A stretch of 64,000 nt of DNA from the NCBI GenBank assembly GCA_002811645.1, contig PDIP01000003.1, forward strand, positions 558,001 to 622,000, written 5' to 3'. The notes beneath the pieces were generated by a model. It saw only the letters and a program-made list of their open reading frames with translations. It searched no databases and was not told the origin of the DNA. Shown piece after piece: positions 1 to 11,375 of this stretch. Positions within the stretch are counted from its first letter, which is position 1, and each line of letters opens with the position of its first letter. The DNA comes from Corallochytrium limacisporum Hawaii. Its lineage: Eukaryota > Protista > Pluriformea. A program made the translations under genes and the position numbers.

Positions 1-1
1 A

Positions 2-3000
2 GCGGTTCAGGCGGATGACTCTATGCAAGTCTCGGTGTTCCATGATTTGATGAGTCTGGGATTGCTCTTCTTCTACTTGCTTACAGGTGAACGGCAAAGA
101 ATGGATTTGTTTGTAAAGAAGACGGAGAATCCGTTGAAATACCGACTCAAGATTACATCGGAGGTCAGTGAGGGCGCGGTTGACGTCCTCAACCTCCTAG
201 CGACATCAGGGCAATTTCCTGCAAAGGACCAGGACGTGGGGGCATTCTGGGGCCAGATTCTAGAATGCCCATACTGGGAGCCGTATCTGCACACCCAGAA
301 GCGGAAGGAATTGGACTGTAAGCTGCCGGAGCGAACGTTGTTGAATCTCCAAAAGACTCTGGAGGTACTACCAAAGATAAGTACGGGTGATGCAGCAATG
401 CCCATGTTTGTACCAGCTGCTCGAAATGGCGCGTCGTTGACATTGAATCGGCGGGCGAAGTCATACAGCAACGTACCGCAACACCAACGCCGGTCGACGG
501 GCAATCTTAAGAATCTCGAACGGGTGACATCGTTTGAATCCGGGCGACTTTTTAACGAGTACGGGTCTCTCACAGCCCCCGACAGTGACGACCAGCAGAG
601 TAAGGACGAATTAAGCGGTCTCATCTTCTTCACCACAGACTTCGTGTCTCTACCGCTGGTCCAGGGCATAACAGAATCAGAACTCAGGACCAAAAAGGCA
701 CCTCCGGTGGTCTCCTTTAAGATCTACAACATTGAGCGATTCGGGGAATTATCGGATGCTCAGAGGGTGACGCATTTGGATAGCTTGGCGACGCAAACAC
801 TGCGGGGTCCCATGCCGGTGCGCAATTTTGCCTTGCGCCATTTTGAAGTTCTTTCTGGCACAGTGGCAGGGGCAAACTCGATTGTTGGATCATCAGTCTA
901 CCCGTGGCTCATCGAAAAGATCCGCAAGCCCCCAGCTGCCAATCTACAGAAACCTGTCTGTCGAATCCTTGCCGTGGTACACGCGACCATGTCTGAATTG
1001 AAGACCAACGCACCGTGGTCTACATCCCTGGAAGCCATTCTGAGCGTTGCGGGCAAGGGTATCGGGACCAATCCGGAAATTCGCAAATATCTACTCGGAG
1101 CAGCTGCCGAGCTGCTGTACTTTATTTACTCCCTGCCATCTCCCGAACCAGACGTCTACTTAGAGAGTGAGGAGGGAGATTACATTGCACAGTCATGGGA
1201 TGTTCTGTGGACCACATTTACGGAAGAAGATTGGAACGACGACTCTGGGCTGGTGCAACTGACAGGACAGTTCTTTGAGAATGTCGCAAGTTTCGAGTAT
1301 GCTGTGACTAAGGTTTTCAATGAGTACAAGTGGATTCCGGAGATACTGAGACTTGCTTTGGTGCAGAGCCCGGAGCGGACAGGGAAGAACGATGTAGCTA
1401 TGTCGATGCTCGGTAAACTGTCCAAGTTTTATCCAAGTCTAGCGGCCGAGTTCATGTCCCATGGGAGCTGTCACACATTGCTGTACACTATCAAGACGGC
1501 CAAGAGTTACACTCAGAGCGTGTTCCTGAATCTTTGCAACATGGCGTTGATTACAGATAAGGCATCTATGATTGACAGGGGACAAGACTTTTTGCGGGAC
1601 GTCATGGACTGGTGCATGGATTTGTGCCATATAGAACGGCGGCAGATTGTCCTGTCGTCCAGAACCTTCCCAAAGGCAATGATCTGCTTGAGTCTCCTAT
1701 GTGATGTGGACATGTCAATCCTCAATGTATGCCTACAGCCTTCAGAAACGGTCACCGCTGGGCAGCCAATCCGAGATGAAGACGACGACAGTTTGGTAGC
1801 CATCCTCGAAAATGCCATTCGGGATACGTATTACACGAACGTGAAGATTCAAAAGGGCAGCCAATCTTACGTTCTGGCCTCTGCTACAGCCTCTTACCGC
1901 TTCCTACTGTCCATTGTCATCGAGGCGTTGTTGGGTATGCGGCCGTCGATACCAGTTCAGGACATCAGTCTGAAAATTCGACAGTTGACAGTCTTTGCAA
2001 AGCGCCGGACTTTTCAACGGGACCTAGTGGCTCCGTCGGGCATGGACATGATGAGGGACATGATTGGCATCGTGCAGGAGCGGCTACGTAAGGAAAGTCC
2101 GAATAACAGGCTCACAGTCCGGACTCTGCAGGTGAGAGGTATGGTCCCCCGTTTTGCAGAGCTGGTGGCAGATCTGTTGGAGTACGTCTGTACATGCCTA
2201 TGTGATCCTTGGACATTGCTAAACAATGCAGAGACCATACTGTGGCAGATATTCCCGCTCATCATGGACGTGTTTGATCGCTGTGACAACAACATGCGTA
2301 TTGGCTGTCTTGAACTTCTGGACAAGTGCCTGTGGTACTTCCACCGACTGTCCATTGACTCATCCTCAGGCCTCGGGTCCCTGCAAAACACTGCCGGTGA
2401 GGCTGTGGCTAAGAGGACCATGCAGATGAAAATCCATAGATCACTCGAGATTTTCTACAAATCTGAAATATGTCCTCGCTTCAAGAGTATGCTAGACATG
2501 CTCTCGATTGGAAGTGCGGATATTGGCACCAGGGCAGGTTCCTCAAAGGCAGTCTTCCTCTCACTGATTTTGCGCTTAGTTGAGGCCTGTGATGGCCCCG
2601 GAATCATGGATGCACAGGCTGGTGACTCACTAGCCGCGTCTCCCTCGCTGTCTCGGATGAATGAATTCGAGGACCTTGCTCCTCGACAGCTTGATTTGGA
2701 ATCGTCTCGCCATTCAAGTTCCGCACGTCCTGCCCTGATTCGTGGTGGCCACTCGATGGCACCAACTAAGAACTCTCGCTACGACCTCTTTATTTTAGGC
2801 GCCGCCATGCTTCCGGACTCCAAACTGGACGTCAATCGGGGCCAGCTGCTCTACCCGGCAGCCACGCTTCGGCGGTTTATGCGACTAATACTCGTGCAGG
2901 AGCAGGAGGAGGACGCCCTCGATGCTCACTTGGAGCTCTTCAGCTATGCTATGTCCACCCGCTTCCTACACGGCATGGAATACGCCATGCAGACAGAAAG

Positions 3001-3661
3001 TAACCATCTCCTTACAGACCTGCTTGGAATCGTTACTAATCTGGCCGAACAGAAGGTACTGCAGGTGCACAATCGTAGATCCATGGGATCTGGATCAGAT
3101 AACGATCCGACAGGCGTCAGTGGTCGGCGCACGCCAATCAAACGGCTGGATAGTCGTCGCTCGGATCCATCATTGAACGTGCACTGGGCCAACAGCGGGG
3201 CTGACAGCGGCGGGGGTACGGAAATCAGCGTCTTCCAACCGTTCCTGGACAATGTGCAGCTCCTGGTCTCTGCCACCGGAAACTGTGCGCCGGATATCTG
3301 CATTGCAGCTCTGAAGCTCCTGCACGCTTTGGCCGGTCTCAATCCCTCCGTGTCCGAGACAATCGGAACGATCTCAAACATTCGTAGTTTGCTCAGGGTT
3401 TTGCCCAAACGCCGGTCCATGTCAGATGAGGATGGCCGAATGCTGGTAGATGCGGTGATGGGCGTGCTGCTGCTCATCGTGCCCCGTCTAGTTGATGACA
3501 AAGTATCTGGTAGTGCCAAGGCACGCCAGCCGTTGCTTGAAGTCATTGGCAAGGAAATAGCGGACGGCCGTTTGGAACGGGAAGAGTTCAGTGACGAACT
3601 GCAGACTCTCTACTCTATTCTGGGCAGTCAGAGGGATCGTCTGCGGTCAACCAATGTATGA
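2..3661 (+). CDS. ULK4: ULK4/RUNKEL-like (pseudo)kinase with C-terminal ARM/HEAT repeats, 5'-partial
   Basis: The frame is open from base 2 (ORF track starts at ATG 23). It begins in the kinase C-lobe (DLMSLGLLFFYLLTGE, subdomain IX), so the N-lobe lies upstream of the window. The segment LIFFTTDFVSLPLV...IYNIERF...ANSIVGSSVYPWLIEKIRK...VCRILAVV parallels the ULK4 post-kinase region and is followed by a long helical-repeat tail. Confidence 0.7.
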   Translation, partial: AVQADDSMQVSVFHDLMSLGLLFFYLLTGERQRMDLFVKKTENPLKYRLKITSEVSEGAVDVLNLLATSGQFPAKDQDVGAFWGQILECPYWEPYLHTQKRKELDCKLPERTLLNLQKTLEVLPKISTGDAAMPMFVPAARNGASLTLNRRAKSYSNVPQHQRRSTGNLKNLERVTSFESGRLFNEYGSLTAPDSDDQQSKDELSGLIFFTTDFVSLPLVQGITESELRTKKAPPVVSFKIYNIERFGELSDAQRVTHLDSLATQTLRGPMPVRNFALRHFEVLSGTVAGANSIVGSSVYPWLIEKIRKPPAANLQKPVCRILAVVHATMSELKTNAPWSTSLEAILSVAGKGIGTNPEIRKYLLGAAAELLYFIYSLPSPEPDVYLESEEGDYIAQSWDVLWTTFTEEDWNDDSGLVQLTGQFFENVASFEYAVTKVFNEYKWIPEILRLALVQSPERTGKNDVAMSMLGKLSKFYPSLAAEFMSHGSCHTLLYTIKTAKSYTQSVFLNLCNMALITDKASMIDRGQDFLRDVMDWCMDLCHIERRQIVLSSRTFPKAMICLSLLCDVDMSILNVCLQPSETVTAGQPIRDEDDDSLVAILENAIRDTYYTNVKIQKGSQSYVLASATASYRFLLSIVIEALLGMRPSIPVQDISLKIRQLTVFAKRRTFQRDLVAPSGMDMMRDMIGIVQERLRKESPNNRLTVRTLQVRGMVPRFAELVADLLEYVCTCLCDPWTLLNNAETILWQIFPLIMDVFDRCDNNMRIGCLELLDKCLWYFHRLSIDSSSGLGSLQNTAGEAVAKRTMQMKIHRSLEIFYKSEICPRFKSMLDMLSIGSADIGTRAGSSKAVFLSLILRLVEACDGPGIMDAQAGDSLAASPSLSRMNEFEDLAPRQLDLESSRHSSSARPALIRGGHSMAPTKNSRYDLFILGAAMLPDSKLDVNRGQLLYPAATLRRFMRLILVQEQEEDALDAHLELFSYAMSTRFLHGMEYAMQTESNHLLTDLLGIVTNLAEQKVLQVHNRRSMGSGSDNDPTGVSGRRTPIKRLDSRRSDPSLNVHWANSGADSGGGTEISVFQPFLDNVQLLVSATGNCAPDICIAALKLLHALAGLNPSVSETIGTISNIRSLLRVLPKRRSMSDEDGRMLVDAVMGVLLLIVPRLVDDKVSGSAKARQPLLEVIGKEIADGRLEREEFSDELQTLYSILGSQRDRLRSTNV

Positions 3662-3798
3662 CCAGAGCTGCATGGGCCAGGAAGTGTCACGTTCGTGGAC
3701 TTCTTTGGAGTCGCGGGGCTTCAAATACTAAAGCGTGATATTTAGATTCGATGTGTATTTTATGCATTATAATGAATGTACAAATCTGGAAAAAGAGT

Positions 3799-4602
3799 CT
3801 ACGCATTTTCTAGGTCACGCCATTTGGTGCGCTTCGGTGGGCTGGCAGCCTTGCCCTCCTTGCGGATGCGTTGTACCATATACGGATTGCTCAGGCTCTG
3901 CTGCTTCAAACTGTGCTTCTTCTCCAAGCGCTGAATTATAACCTTGCGCTTGAAGTCGGTATGTTCGACCGGTCCATCGCCAACTTCCGCAATCTTCGGC
4001 GCCTCTCTCTCAGGCAGTGTCTTTGCAAAACCGTCCCATTCCTCCTCAATGAGATCCTGGTACGGTGCCAGGCTCGGAGGTAGCCGTGTGGTGTACTGCG
4101 CCTGCTCCTTAACCGTGGAACTCTTCAGCGGTTGCCGCGGTTGGGGTATCTCTGCGGGCACCGTGTCGGAGAGGGGCTGACAGTTCTCCTTCCACGGGTG
4201 GTCCGGTCCGGGGTGGACATGCAGACGGTTCATGCGACGCCTGCGGATATAGTTCCGTGGTAGCATGCCCCACACTGCCTTCTTGATCACAGCTGTGGGG
4301 TCTCGATTATGTAGGTCCCTGGCCTTGGTAAATTTCTCAGTACCGTACAGTCGGCCGTGTGAGAAGTAGGTTTTCTTTTCCCATTTCTTTCCCGTGAATT
4401 CAACGAATTTACTATTATAGACCACAACATGATCGCCTAGATCCGCCCCCTGTGAATAAGTTGGCCGATATTTGCCGGTGATGTAGTGGGCAGCCAACAA
4501 GGCTATCCGACCGACGGGCTGACCAGTGGCATCAATGCTGCGCCAAACTGGTGCCTTTGACATTATGGCCGTGCTTAAACGACTGAGTCCTCCCCAGGAC
4601 AT
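3799..4602 (-). CDS. MRPL13: mitochondrial ribosomal protein uL13m
   Basis: uL13 motifs WRSIDATGQPVGRIA, GKYRPTYS..ADLGDHVVVYN, FTGKKWEKKTY, IKKAVWGMLPRN; short N-terminal presequence-like stretch and C-terminal extension. Confidence 0.93.
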   Translation of the reverse strand: MSWGGLSRLSTAIMSKAPVWRSIDATGQPVGRIALLAAHYITGKYRPTYSQGADLGDHVVVYNSKFVEFTGKKWEKKTYFSHGRLYGTEKFTKARDLHNRDPTAVIKKAVWGMLPRNYIRRRRMNRLHVHPGPDHPWKENCQPLSDTVPAEIPQPRQPLKSSTVKEQAQYTTRLPPSLAPYQDLIEEEWDGFAKTLPEREAPKIAEVGDGPVEHTDFKRKVIIQRLEKKHSLKQQSLSNPYMVQRIRKEGKAASPPKRTKWRDLENA

Positions 4603-5188
4603 GATGAAAACACTTTGTTTATCGTCTGATTACAATTTACCTATTCACTACTCTATCGTCGACTATGTTATTATTCTTTCGTCCCGGCAATCAGATGGCG
4701 TGCCCTTTACCTCGCCGCGTGCGAAGGCCTTTGGCTCAGAGTTCGAGGGAACAGTAAACCTGGACACCCAAAAATTCATACCCATACAGACTGCTCCACT
4801 AGACTGCTGCGATAGTGCTTTCTAAGTACATGGCCAATGCATGACAGTATAGATTTGAACTTTTCCGTTGGTATACACAACCAATATGTTTAGCTGCTCC
4901 GTTTCGGGCTGGTCTGTACTCCGGGGACTACTACCCGCCCCCTGGCTGCCTTGCGGGCCAAAATTACCCGAGAGCGGCCGAAAACGTGGTCTCCCCCCCT
5001 TCCCCCACCCTCCCCTGCCATCAGCAAGACACCGACGCGAAGGGGCCTCCTCCGCTGGCGAGAATCTGCGCAGGTGTTTCATGAACATTGGTTCCATATT
5101 TACATCATTGCAACACTGAATCCGAAGAAATAGGAAGGAACAGGTTCCGATGTAACAAGATGCAGGATAAATATATGACCAGAGGCAA

Positions 5189-6025
5189 ATGACATTTGTT
5201 GATCTCAATGTGCCCTCGTCAGGCCTCCGCAAAGAGAAGTCTGATAAGGAGCACACGGCAGAGATCGAGCGTCTCGTGGCCCTGCTGGATCGGTGTCGTT
5301 TGCTCGGATGGGAGACCGTGGCAATCAACGTTCGTCACAGTGGTGGCCTTAAGGTGAGCCCTGACGAACTGTTCGGACTGTCTCGCCTCCGATCGGAGCT
5401 TAGCCGACGATGCTCGAAACTGACGGTCCTCTCACGGCTGACAGTGGCAGTGAATTCGGTACAGGATACTTACTCAATTTCGCGCCGCACGGATTGGTTC
5501 ACAGATATTGATGTGGTGGCTATTGAACCACTGAATGACAAGGTCTTTCAGCACACTCTGGGCAATTTGCTAACCAATATCGACCTTATCTGCGCGGGTC
5601 TGCAGGAGACACCGCGCTTACCATTCGCACTGAAGCATAAGGCAGTTCGCGAGGTGGCTCGCTCGGGGATTGCCTTTGAACTTTGCTTCTCGCCATTTTT
5701 ACTTGACGGCAACAGTCGCCGGAACACGCTCACCAACTGTCTGACGATACTCCGCGGCGGTAGAGCACGGGGGTTTGTGGTATTCAGTTCGCGGGTAGCG
5801 AATCCGTCTCAGGCTAGGACACCATACGATTTCATCACCATGGCCCATCTACTCGGGCTAAAGAGTCATGAGAACGCACGGCAGTTGGTAGAAGGTAATC
5901 CGATGTCGGTCCTGCGAAAGGGCTGCCGCAGACGCAAAGGCTATCGCTACGTTGTAGAACCGGTGTCAGAGAGCGTGGAGAAGACAGACGGTAGGAAAAT
6001 GGAAAAGCGACCGCAAAAACAATAG
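5189..6025 (+). CDS. RPP30: RNase P/MRP subunit p30 (RPP1/RPP30)
   Basis: MTFVDLNV start, LGWETVAIN, LSRLTV, DVVAIEP, GIAFELCFSP, RRNTLTN, R(T)PYD motifs of the RNase_P_p30 family. Confidence 0.9.
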   Translation: MTFVDLNVPSSGLRKEKSDKEHTAEIERLVALLDRCRLLGWETVAINVRHSGGLKVSPDELFGLSRLRSELSRRCSKLTVLSRLTVAVNSVQDTYSISRRTDWFTDIDVVAIEPLNDKVFQHTLGNLLTNIDLICAGLQETPRLPFALKHKAVREVARSGIAFELCFSPFLLDGNSRRNTLTNCLTILRGGRARGFVVFSSRVANPSQARTPYDFITMAHLLGLKSHENARQLVEGNPMSVLRKGCRRRKGYRYVVEPVSESVEKTDGRKMEKRPQKQ

Positions 6026-6077
6026 TAAATTTAAATGTTATCAATTTGTTCACTTTCTATATACATGACGATCATAA

Positions 6078-7172
6078 CTACATGAGCCTGGGCATGGGCA
6101 TATCCGCACTGGAAAACATGTGGTTCACCTGCCCGCAGCCGGCATCGTTGTAGACATTGCGGGCCTCAGGGAGCCATCCCTGTATCGTCCGCGCCCTGTG
6201 CTCGTGTGATGGATGTGTGGAAAGGAACTCCGGAGGTTCCTTGCCCTTCTGTACTTCTTGCATGCGCTGCCACAGGCCCACAGCCTGGTCCGGTGGGAAG
6301 CAGGCCTTGGACATTAGGACAAGACCGATATAGTCTGCTTCTGTCTCTGTGCGGCGGCTGAAGGGCAGTTCAAACATTGTGTTCGCAATCTGTTGCTGTA
6401 GCCACATCGGTGCACCAAAGAACAAAGCAATGGTTAGCTCAATCAGTGTAAAGACCTTGGCAAAACTCATCTTTTCCGCTGTGTGACGCGCCACGACGTG
6501 CCCAATTTCATGACCGAGCACAGTGGCGAGTCCTTCCCGTGTCTTTGCCACCGGTAGAATGCCAGTGAAGACAAAGATCTTGCCCCCTGGGAGTACAAAC
6601 GCGTTCGCTGTGTCATCATCAATCACGTAAATCTCCCAATCCAGATGATCCAGCCCGCTGACTGCAATAATTGGCCTGGCTATGTCCTGTACCATGCGAT
6701 ACGTTGGATGATTGGGAGGGAGCAGTTTCCTGGCGAATTGTTGAGTGATCATCCATTTGCTATACTCCCCCATACGGATCTCTTCGCGCTCTGAAACAGC
6801 AAGGAAGCGCCTGCGACCTGTCAGTGGCACTTCCTCTAGGTGAGTTGTGTAGTAGGTGAACGCAAAGATTGCAAGTCCAGCACCCCAAACCTGGAGCCTA
6901 CCGTACTTCAGATCACCAAAGCCTTGACCCAGTTTGGGCATGGTCGTGTGGCCGGACGTGTCCTGCCATGCCCTCTGACCCGGTGCCTGCTGCTGAGATT
7001 GCTGCCGTTGGCTAGACTGTCTGCTTGGCCCTCCGAAGAAACTCTCGCGGTTCTTGAAGTATTTGTAGCCAGGTCTGGTAGAATAGCATGATTGTTGTGC
7101 CGCCCTTGCGGCTGACGAGGCCGCGGTACCTGCCCGGACCAGGCGCACTGTTAATCTTATTGAACCGATCAT
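6078..7172 (-). CDS. OMA1: mitochondrial metalloendopeptidase OMA1 (peptidase M48)
   Basis: EEVPLTGRRRF, NAFVLPGGKIFVFTGIL, HEIGH (HExxH), FSRRTETEADYIGL, EFLSTHPSH. The ORF-track start 7256 is GTG; the first ATG (7172) gives an Arg/Ala/Ser-rich presequence MIGSIRLTVRLVRAG. Confidence 0.93.
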   Translation of the reverse strand: MIGSIRLTVRLVRAGTAASSAARAAQQSCYSTRPGYKYFKNRESFFGGPSRQSSQRQQSQQQAPGQRAWQDTSGHTTMPKLGQGFGDLKYGRLQVWGAGLAIFAFTYYTTHLEEVPLTGRRRFLAVSEREEIRMGEYSKWMITQQFARKLLPPNHPTYRMVQDIARPIIAVSGLDHLDWEIYVIDDDTANAFVLPGGKIFVFTGILPVAKTREGLATVLGHEIGHVVARHTAEKMSFAKVFTLIELTIALFFGAPMWLQQQIANTMFELPFSRRTETEADYIGLVLMSKACFPPDQAVGLWQRMQEVQKGKEPPEFLSTHPSHEHRARTIQGWLPEARNVYNDAGCGQVNHMFSSADMPMPRLM

Positions 7173-7382
7173 CTCTGATTTCTGCCGTTGAGTGCACGTA
7201 TTCTTACCTAGCTGGTGTAGATTATTCCACAAATAATGCGGAAGTACCTGGGCCACCCCAGCAACTACTTGGCGACGAATTCGTCCGTGCGGTTATTGAG
7301 TCAACCTAACAAATCTGGCCAACAACCAATAAGGAAACGATCAATAACAAAATCGTATTTAATCAATATTATGCAGTAGTTC

Positions 7383-7401
7383 TTTCGCGCGCAATTTCGA
7401 A
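7383..7401 (+). promoter_or_regulatory. E2F/CDE-N4-CHR (DREAM-like) element upstream of RPA2
   Basis: TTTCGCGCG-CAAT-TTCGAA about 280 bp upstream of the RPA2 ATG, in sense orientation. Matches E2F site + 4 nt + TTYGAA. Confidence 0.5.
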
Positions 7402-7680
7402 GTCTCAGTGGGGCCCCAAGCCCTCTGGACCTCATCGAGGGTTTGGCGCCTGGGTTCTTTGGTATAGGGAGCGGGTGACGGCGGAGCTGAGCTCAGGTGC
7501 AAAGTCATGAATTGTCTGTCGGCATATTGTCGGCCGCTGGTCAATTCTATAGCCTTGGACATGGATTCAGCTGACGTCAAGCTATGTTAGAAATGACTCG
7601 TCACACAGTAGTCTCCGAAACTATTAACACACAACGTACACGATAGATGACTTTAGTGAAGACAGAGTTCGCGAAGAATC

Positions 7681-8562
7681 ATGACTAGTGGTATGGGTTT
7701 CGGTTACCAGGACATCGCTCCGGCAGATGGAGGTGGCTTCCTCAACCAACATGACTATTCCACCGCTGGTGGCTTCACAACAAGCCAGAGTGCTGGAGGA
7801 GATGGTAAGGTTTCTCGGGAAAAGTTTATCACTCCGGTGACAATCAAGCAGGCCAAGGAGGCCAAGAAGGAAAGCAGCGAGTCCAACTTGTTTATGGCTA
7901 CCACCGGCCAGGAGCTGAATGAGGTTCGTATCGTGGCCTGCCTCCGTGCCAAGTCTACTAAGTCTGCCACACGGGTAATGTATGGCATTGAGGATGGTAC
8001 GGGCTTCCTGGACTGTATGCACTGGATCGATGACAGTGACAAGGACGATCATCAGTCTCGGTCCTTTGACTCCCTCAAGGAAGGCTCCTATGTCCGTGTC
8101 TCTGGAGGTCTCCGTGATTTTAACGGAAAAATTACACTGAACTCTCACAAGATTGAATCCATCACAGACATGAACGAAGTCACCTATCACATGGTATCTG
8201 TAGCACATGCGATCAAGATCAATAAGAGCGGTATGCAGAACGCCACTGTCGGCCAGAAGGGCCTGCCCTTCCATGCTGGCACTGGTGCTACATTGGCTGC
8301 GACTGCTGGTGGTGTTAGGCAGATGGAGGTAGATGAACAGCCTATGGACCCGACCGAGAAGCGTATTGCCGACTTCATCAAATCCAAGGCATGTGACGCC
8401 GATGGACAGCCACTCGGTGACCACCCCGGTGTCTCGGTATCGGACATCGCTGAACACCTTGGTATAAAGGAGCCTGAGACAACAAAGATCCTGAACCAAA
8501 TGGCCGAGGACGGTAATATCTACTCTACCATGGACGAATTCCATTTCCAGATCACCGGATGA
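7681..8562 (+). CDS. RPA2: replication protein A 32 kDa subunit
   Basis: N-terminal GGGF..SQ phosphorylation region, ITPVTIKQ, YGIEDGTG OB fold, ITDMNEVTYH, C-terminal winged helix EDGNIYSTMDEFHF. Confidence 0.95.
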   Translation: MTSGMGFGYQDIAPADGGGFLNQHDYSTAGGFTTSQSAGGDGKVSREKFITPVTIKQAKEAKKESSESNLFMATTGQELNEVRIVACLRAKSTKSATRVMYGIEDGTGFLDCMHWIDDSDKDDHQSRSFDSLKEGSYVRVSGGLRDFNGKITLNSHKIESITDMNEVTYHMVSVAHAIKINKSGMQNATVGQKGLPFHAGTGATLAATAGGVRQMEVDEQPMDPTEKRIADFIKSKACDADGQPLGDHPGVSVSDIAEHLGIKEPETTKILNQMAEDGNIYSTMDEFHFQITG

Positions 8563-9925
8563 AGTGAATGGAGTTCCCGTATCACTTGCCCCCACATCAA
8601 AGCGTGACGTATCAACGTCGCCTTTCGTTTCCTCTAGCAATACTATCGATTAATACAAAGGTCTGCATGCATGTCTTAACCCAAGAACACTTTTCGCTGT
8701 ATGTTCTGACAGCTGGTCCGATTTCTCCAACTGTGACAGCGAACTCCACCCCTCATCGACCCTTGCCTCTCTCGGCCCACCCACTTGTCAGAACCACCGT
8801 ACCTCTGTGTGGACATCGATGGTATTGAAAGTGCACCCCGCGCGATTGTGCATAGTATTTCTACACGGTGACATGAGCCGTACATCCACTATGGAAATAT
8901 CCCCTCCTGCCGATTCCCGTTGATTTCGGCCCCGGCCAAATCCAACGGTCACAAGCAGTGTGCCCTTAAATCAGTAGCTGAAAAGAAAAATAACCCATCG
9001 TCCCGAAGATGATAACTAATGTACTGGGGGTCCCCCGCGAGTTCCAAGCTTTGTTCTGTGAAACGAAAGGCTGGCAAAAAAAAAGGGAAAAAAAAAAACC
9101 GGAAGGCCTTTTTCCGTCCGCCGCACGGGAGTCTCGCCAAGAATTAAAAAACGAAAACGTGCGGTGTTCCTTAGTATCTTTTCTATAAAATTCCTGGCTG
9201 TAAGTACACGGGGGGCGTTCCGACCGAGCGCCCGGCCAGAGGGAATCTGATAACCCCGCACTTCTACGTGCGGGTTCGCGATGGAAAAGTCCATGGAAAA
9301 GGTCCATTCAAAACGCGGACAGGGCACAGTGACCCGGAGGGGTTTGTGAGTCAGTGGCACCGGAGAGTGACAGTGCCACTCTGGTTGGTCGGTCCGACCC
9401 GACTGGTGATGCAACTCGATCGCGCACTTTATGCGGCCCAGGGGGGGACTGGGGATAAACCCAAGGTAAAACTGAGCAAGTGTCCCTCTCCCCTGCAGGG
9501 ACCCCTGCGGGGCCTTCTCTTGAATCCTCGCGGGTGTCGATGATGACTCCATAGCTTGTATTGGAAGTGGGCGTGCCCACTGCCCTGTGCATAGTGAAAG
9601 TATGATAGCACCTATGACGAAGGATTTCTGTTTCGTACCCCCCCCGAAATCCCACACCACTTTCCTAATTGCGGTCCGCACAGAAAATAGGGAGTCCAAT
9701 TCATACGAGGAGTAACTCGGAGTAGTAATTGAACGACTCGCCGGACACATAAGTGGAGCCTCCAGAGCTGCGTTGGGTATGTGCGTGTCCCGTTTGGACA
9801 AATAAAAATCGGATATCCTCTACTGCGGTCCTTGACCCGACTGGCTCAAAAGGCAGCGGCGTGGACAACGGAACGGATTGTCAAAACAATGCTGGTGTTA
9901 TCTATTGACTGGTACTTTCTCGTGC

Positions 9926-10209
9926 GTAAGCATAATGTACGAGGGATTTGAGTGGTACGGAACAAAAAAACTCTTCTCGCTTCTTCGGACAGGGATGTGG
10001 GGGCGGTCCCGTGGCTCTCTCTGTGGCGGCAGAGAACTTTGGGTGCGGCTTTAGGCTTTGCTAGCAAGAGCCAAAACAATTTCTTACTAGTATCGGCGAC
10101 ACGGCAGACAGAACCGTGGAAGATAGTCCCAGATGCTAACAGAGAGCATGCACTGCAGGTCCTAGAGACAACAGACAATCCGGTACTAACCAGCGTATCT
10201 TTGGAACAG
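9926..10209 (+). other. probable 5'-UTR intron of GALE
   Basis: GTAAGC donor at 9926, perfect TACTAAC at 10184-10190, AACAG acceptor ending 10209, 46 nt before the GALE ATG. The donor choice is uncertain. Confidence 0.45.
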
Positions 10210-10255
10210 TATCACTGTTTGCCACACTGGTAGTAAATATAGACAACTATACAGC

Positions 10256-11272
10256 ATGAAGGTTCTGTGCACTGGAGGAGCCGGCTACATCGGTACCCAT
10301 ACCGTTGTCGAGCTATACAACTCTGGCCATGAGGCTGTCATTGTAGACGATCTGTCCAACTCCTGCGTGGAGGCCGTAAAGCGGGTTGAGAAGATCGTAG
10401 GCAAGGATATTCCTTTCTACGAGGCTAACTTGCTGGAGGGTGACAAGCTGGACAAGATCTTTGCGGAGCACAAAATAGATGCCGTCATCCACTTCGCCGG
10501 CCTGAAGGCTGTGGGCGAGAGCTCTGAAATTCCACTTACCTACTACAAGCAGAACATCTCTGGTACCATTTCCCTGCTGGAGGCCATGGACCGTGCAAAC
10601 GTGACGAACTTGGTCTTCAGCTCCAGTGCTACCGTTTACGGCCTGCTCCAGTACCTCCCCGTGACCGAGGACCACCCTCTGTCCGCAACCAATCCGTACG
10701 GTCGCACCAAGCTGTTCATTGAGGACATCCTCCGCGACTATGTCGCTTCCAGACCTGGAAAGTTCAACGCAATCTTGTTGCGTTACTTTAACCCTGTCGG
10801 TGCCCACGCCAGTGGTACCATCGGCGAGGACCCCCAGGGCATCCCTAATAACCTGATGCCTTTTGTCATGCAGGTGGCTGTTGGTCGTCGGGAGAAGCTG
10901 AGCGTCTTCGGTGGTGACTACGATACCAAGGATGGCACCGGGGTGCGCGATTTCATTCACGTTGTGGATCTGGCCAAGGGACATGTGGCCTCTCTCAACA
11001 AACTTGCCGAGAACCCGGGCTGCCCTGTGTACAACCTTGGAACTGGCACGGGATACTCTGTCCTTGAGATGGTTGCCGCTGCTGAGAAGGTCTCCGGCAA
11101 GAAGATTGCTTATCAAATCGTCGATCGCCGCCCTGGTGACATTGGCACCGTGTATGCGGACCCAGCCTTCGCAGAGAAGGAGCTGGGTTGGAAGGCCGAG
11201 CTTGGTGTGGAGGAAATGTGCGGCGACATGTGGAAGTGGCAGAGCGAAAACCCTACTGGTTTCAAGAACTGA
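10256..11272 (+). CDS. GALE: UDP-glucose 4-epimerase
   Basis: TGGAGYIG, HFAGLKAVGES, FSSSATVYG, NPYGRTK, LRYFNPVGAH, GEDPQGIPNNLMP, DGTGVRDFIHV. Confidence 0.98.
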   Translation: MKVLCTGGAGYIGTHTVVELYNSGHEAVIVDDLSNSCVEAVKRVEKIVGKDIPFYEANLLEGDKLDKIFAEHKIDAVIHFAGLKAVGESSEIPLTYYKQNISGTISLLEAMDRANVTNLVFSSSATVYGLLQYLPVTEDHPLSATNPYGRTKLFIEDILRDYVASRPGKFNAILLRYFNPVGAHASGTIGEDPQGIPNNLMPFVMQVAVGRREKLSVFGGDYDTKDGTGVRDFIHVVDLAKGHVASLNKLAENPGCPVYNLGTGTGYSVLEMVAAAEKVSGKKIAYQIVDRRPGDIGTVYADPAFAEKELGWKAELGVEEMCGDMWKWQSENPTGFKN

Positions 11273-11375
11273 ATATCGGCGTCATCTAAGTTTTAGCGTA
11301 TGGCTAGCCGTTCTAGCATCTACCATTTGTACGAAAAAGAAAACAAACACCGCAGTATCATAGCAATTAGATATG

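Noticed and set aside
7624-8640. 338-aa antisense ORF over RPA2, and similar long antisense ORFs over GALE (10313-11116), MET5 (48424-49068) and ATPS (55727-56572)
   Set aside because: Shadow ORFs produced by codon bias of the real genes; no recognisable motifs.
9016-9801. 261-aa minus-strand ORF and local hairpins (9350-9410) between RPA2 and GALE
   Set aside because: Non-ATG start, runs through poly-A/T tracts and shows no family resemblance; the short stems match no ncRNA I recognise.
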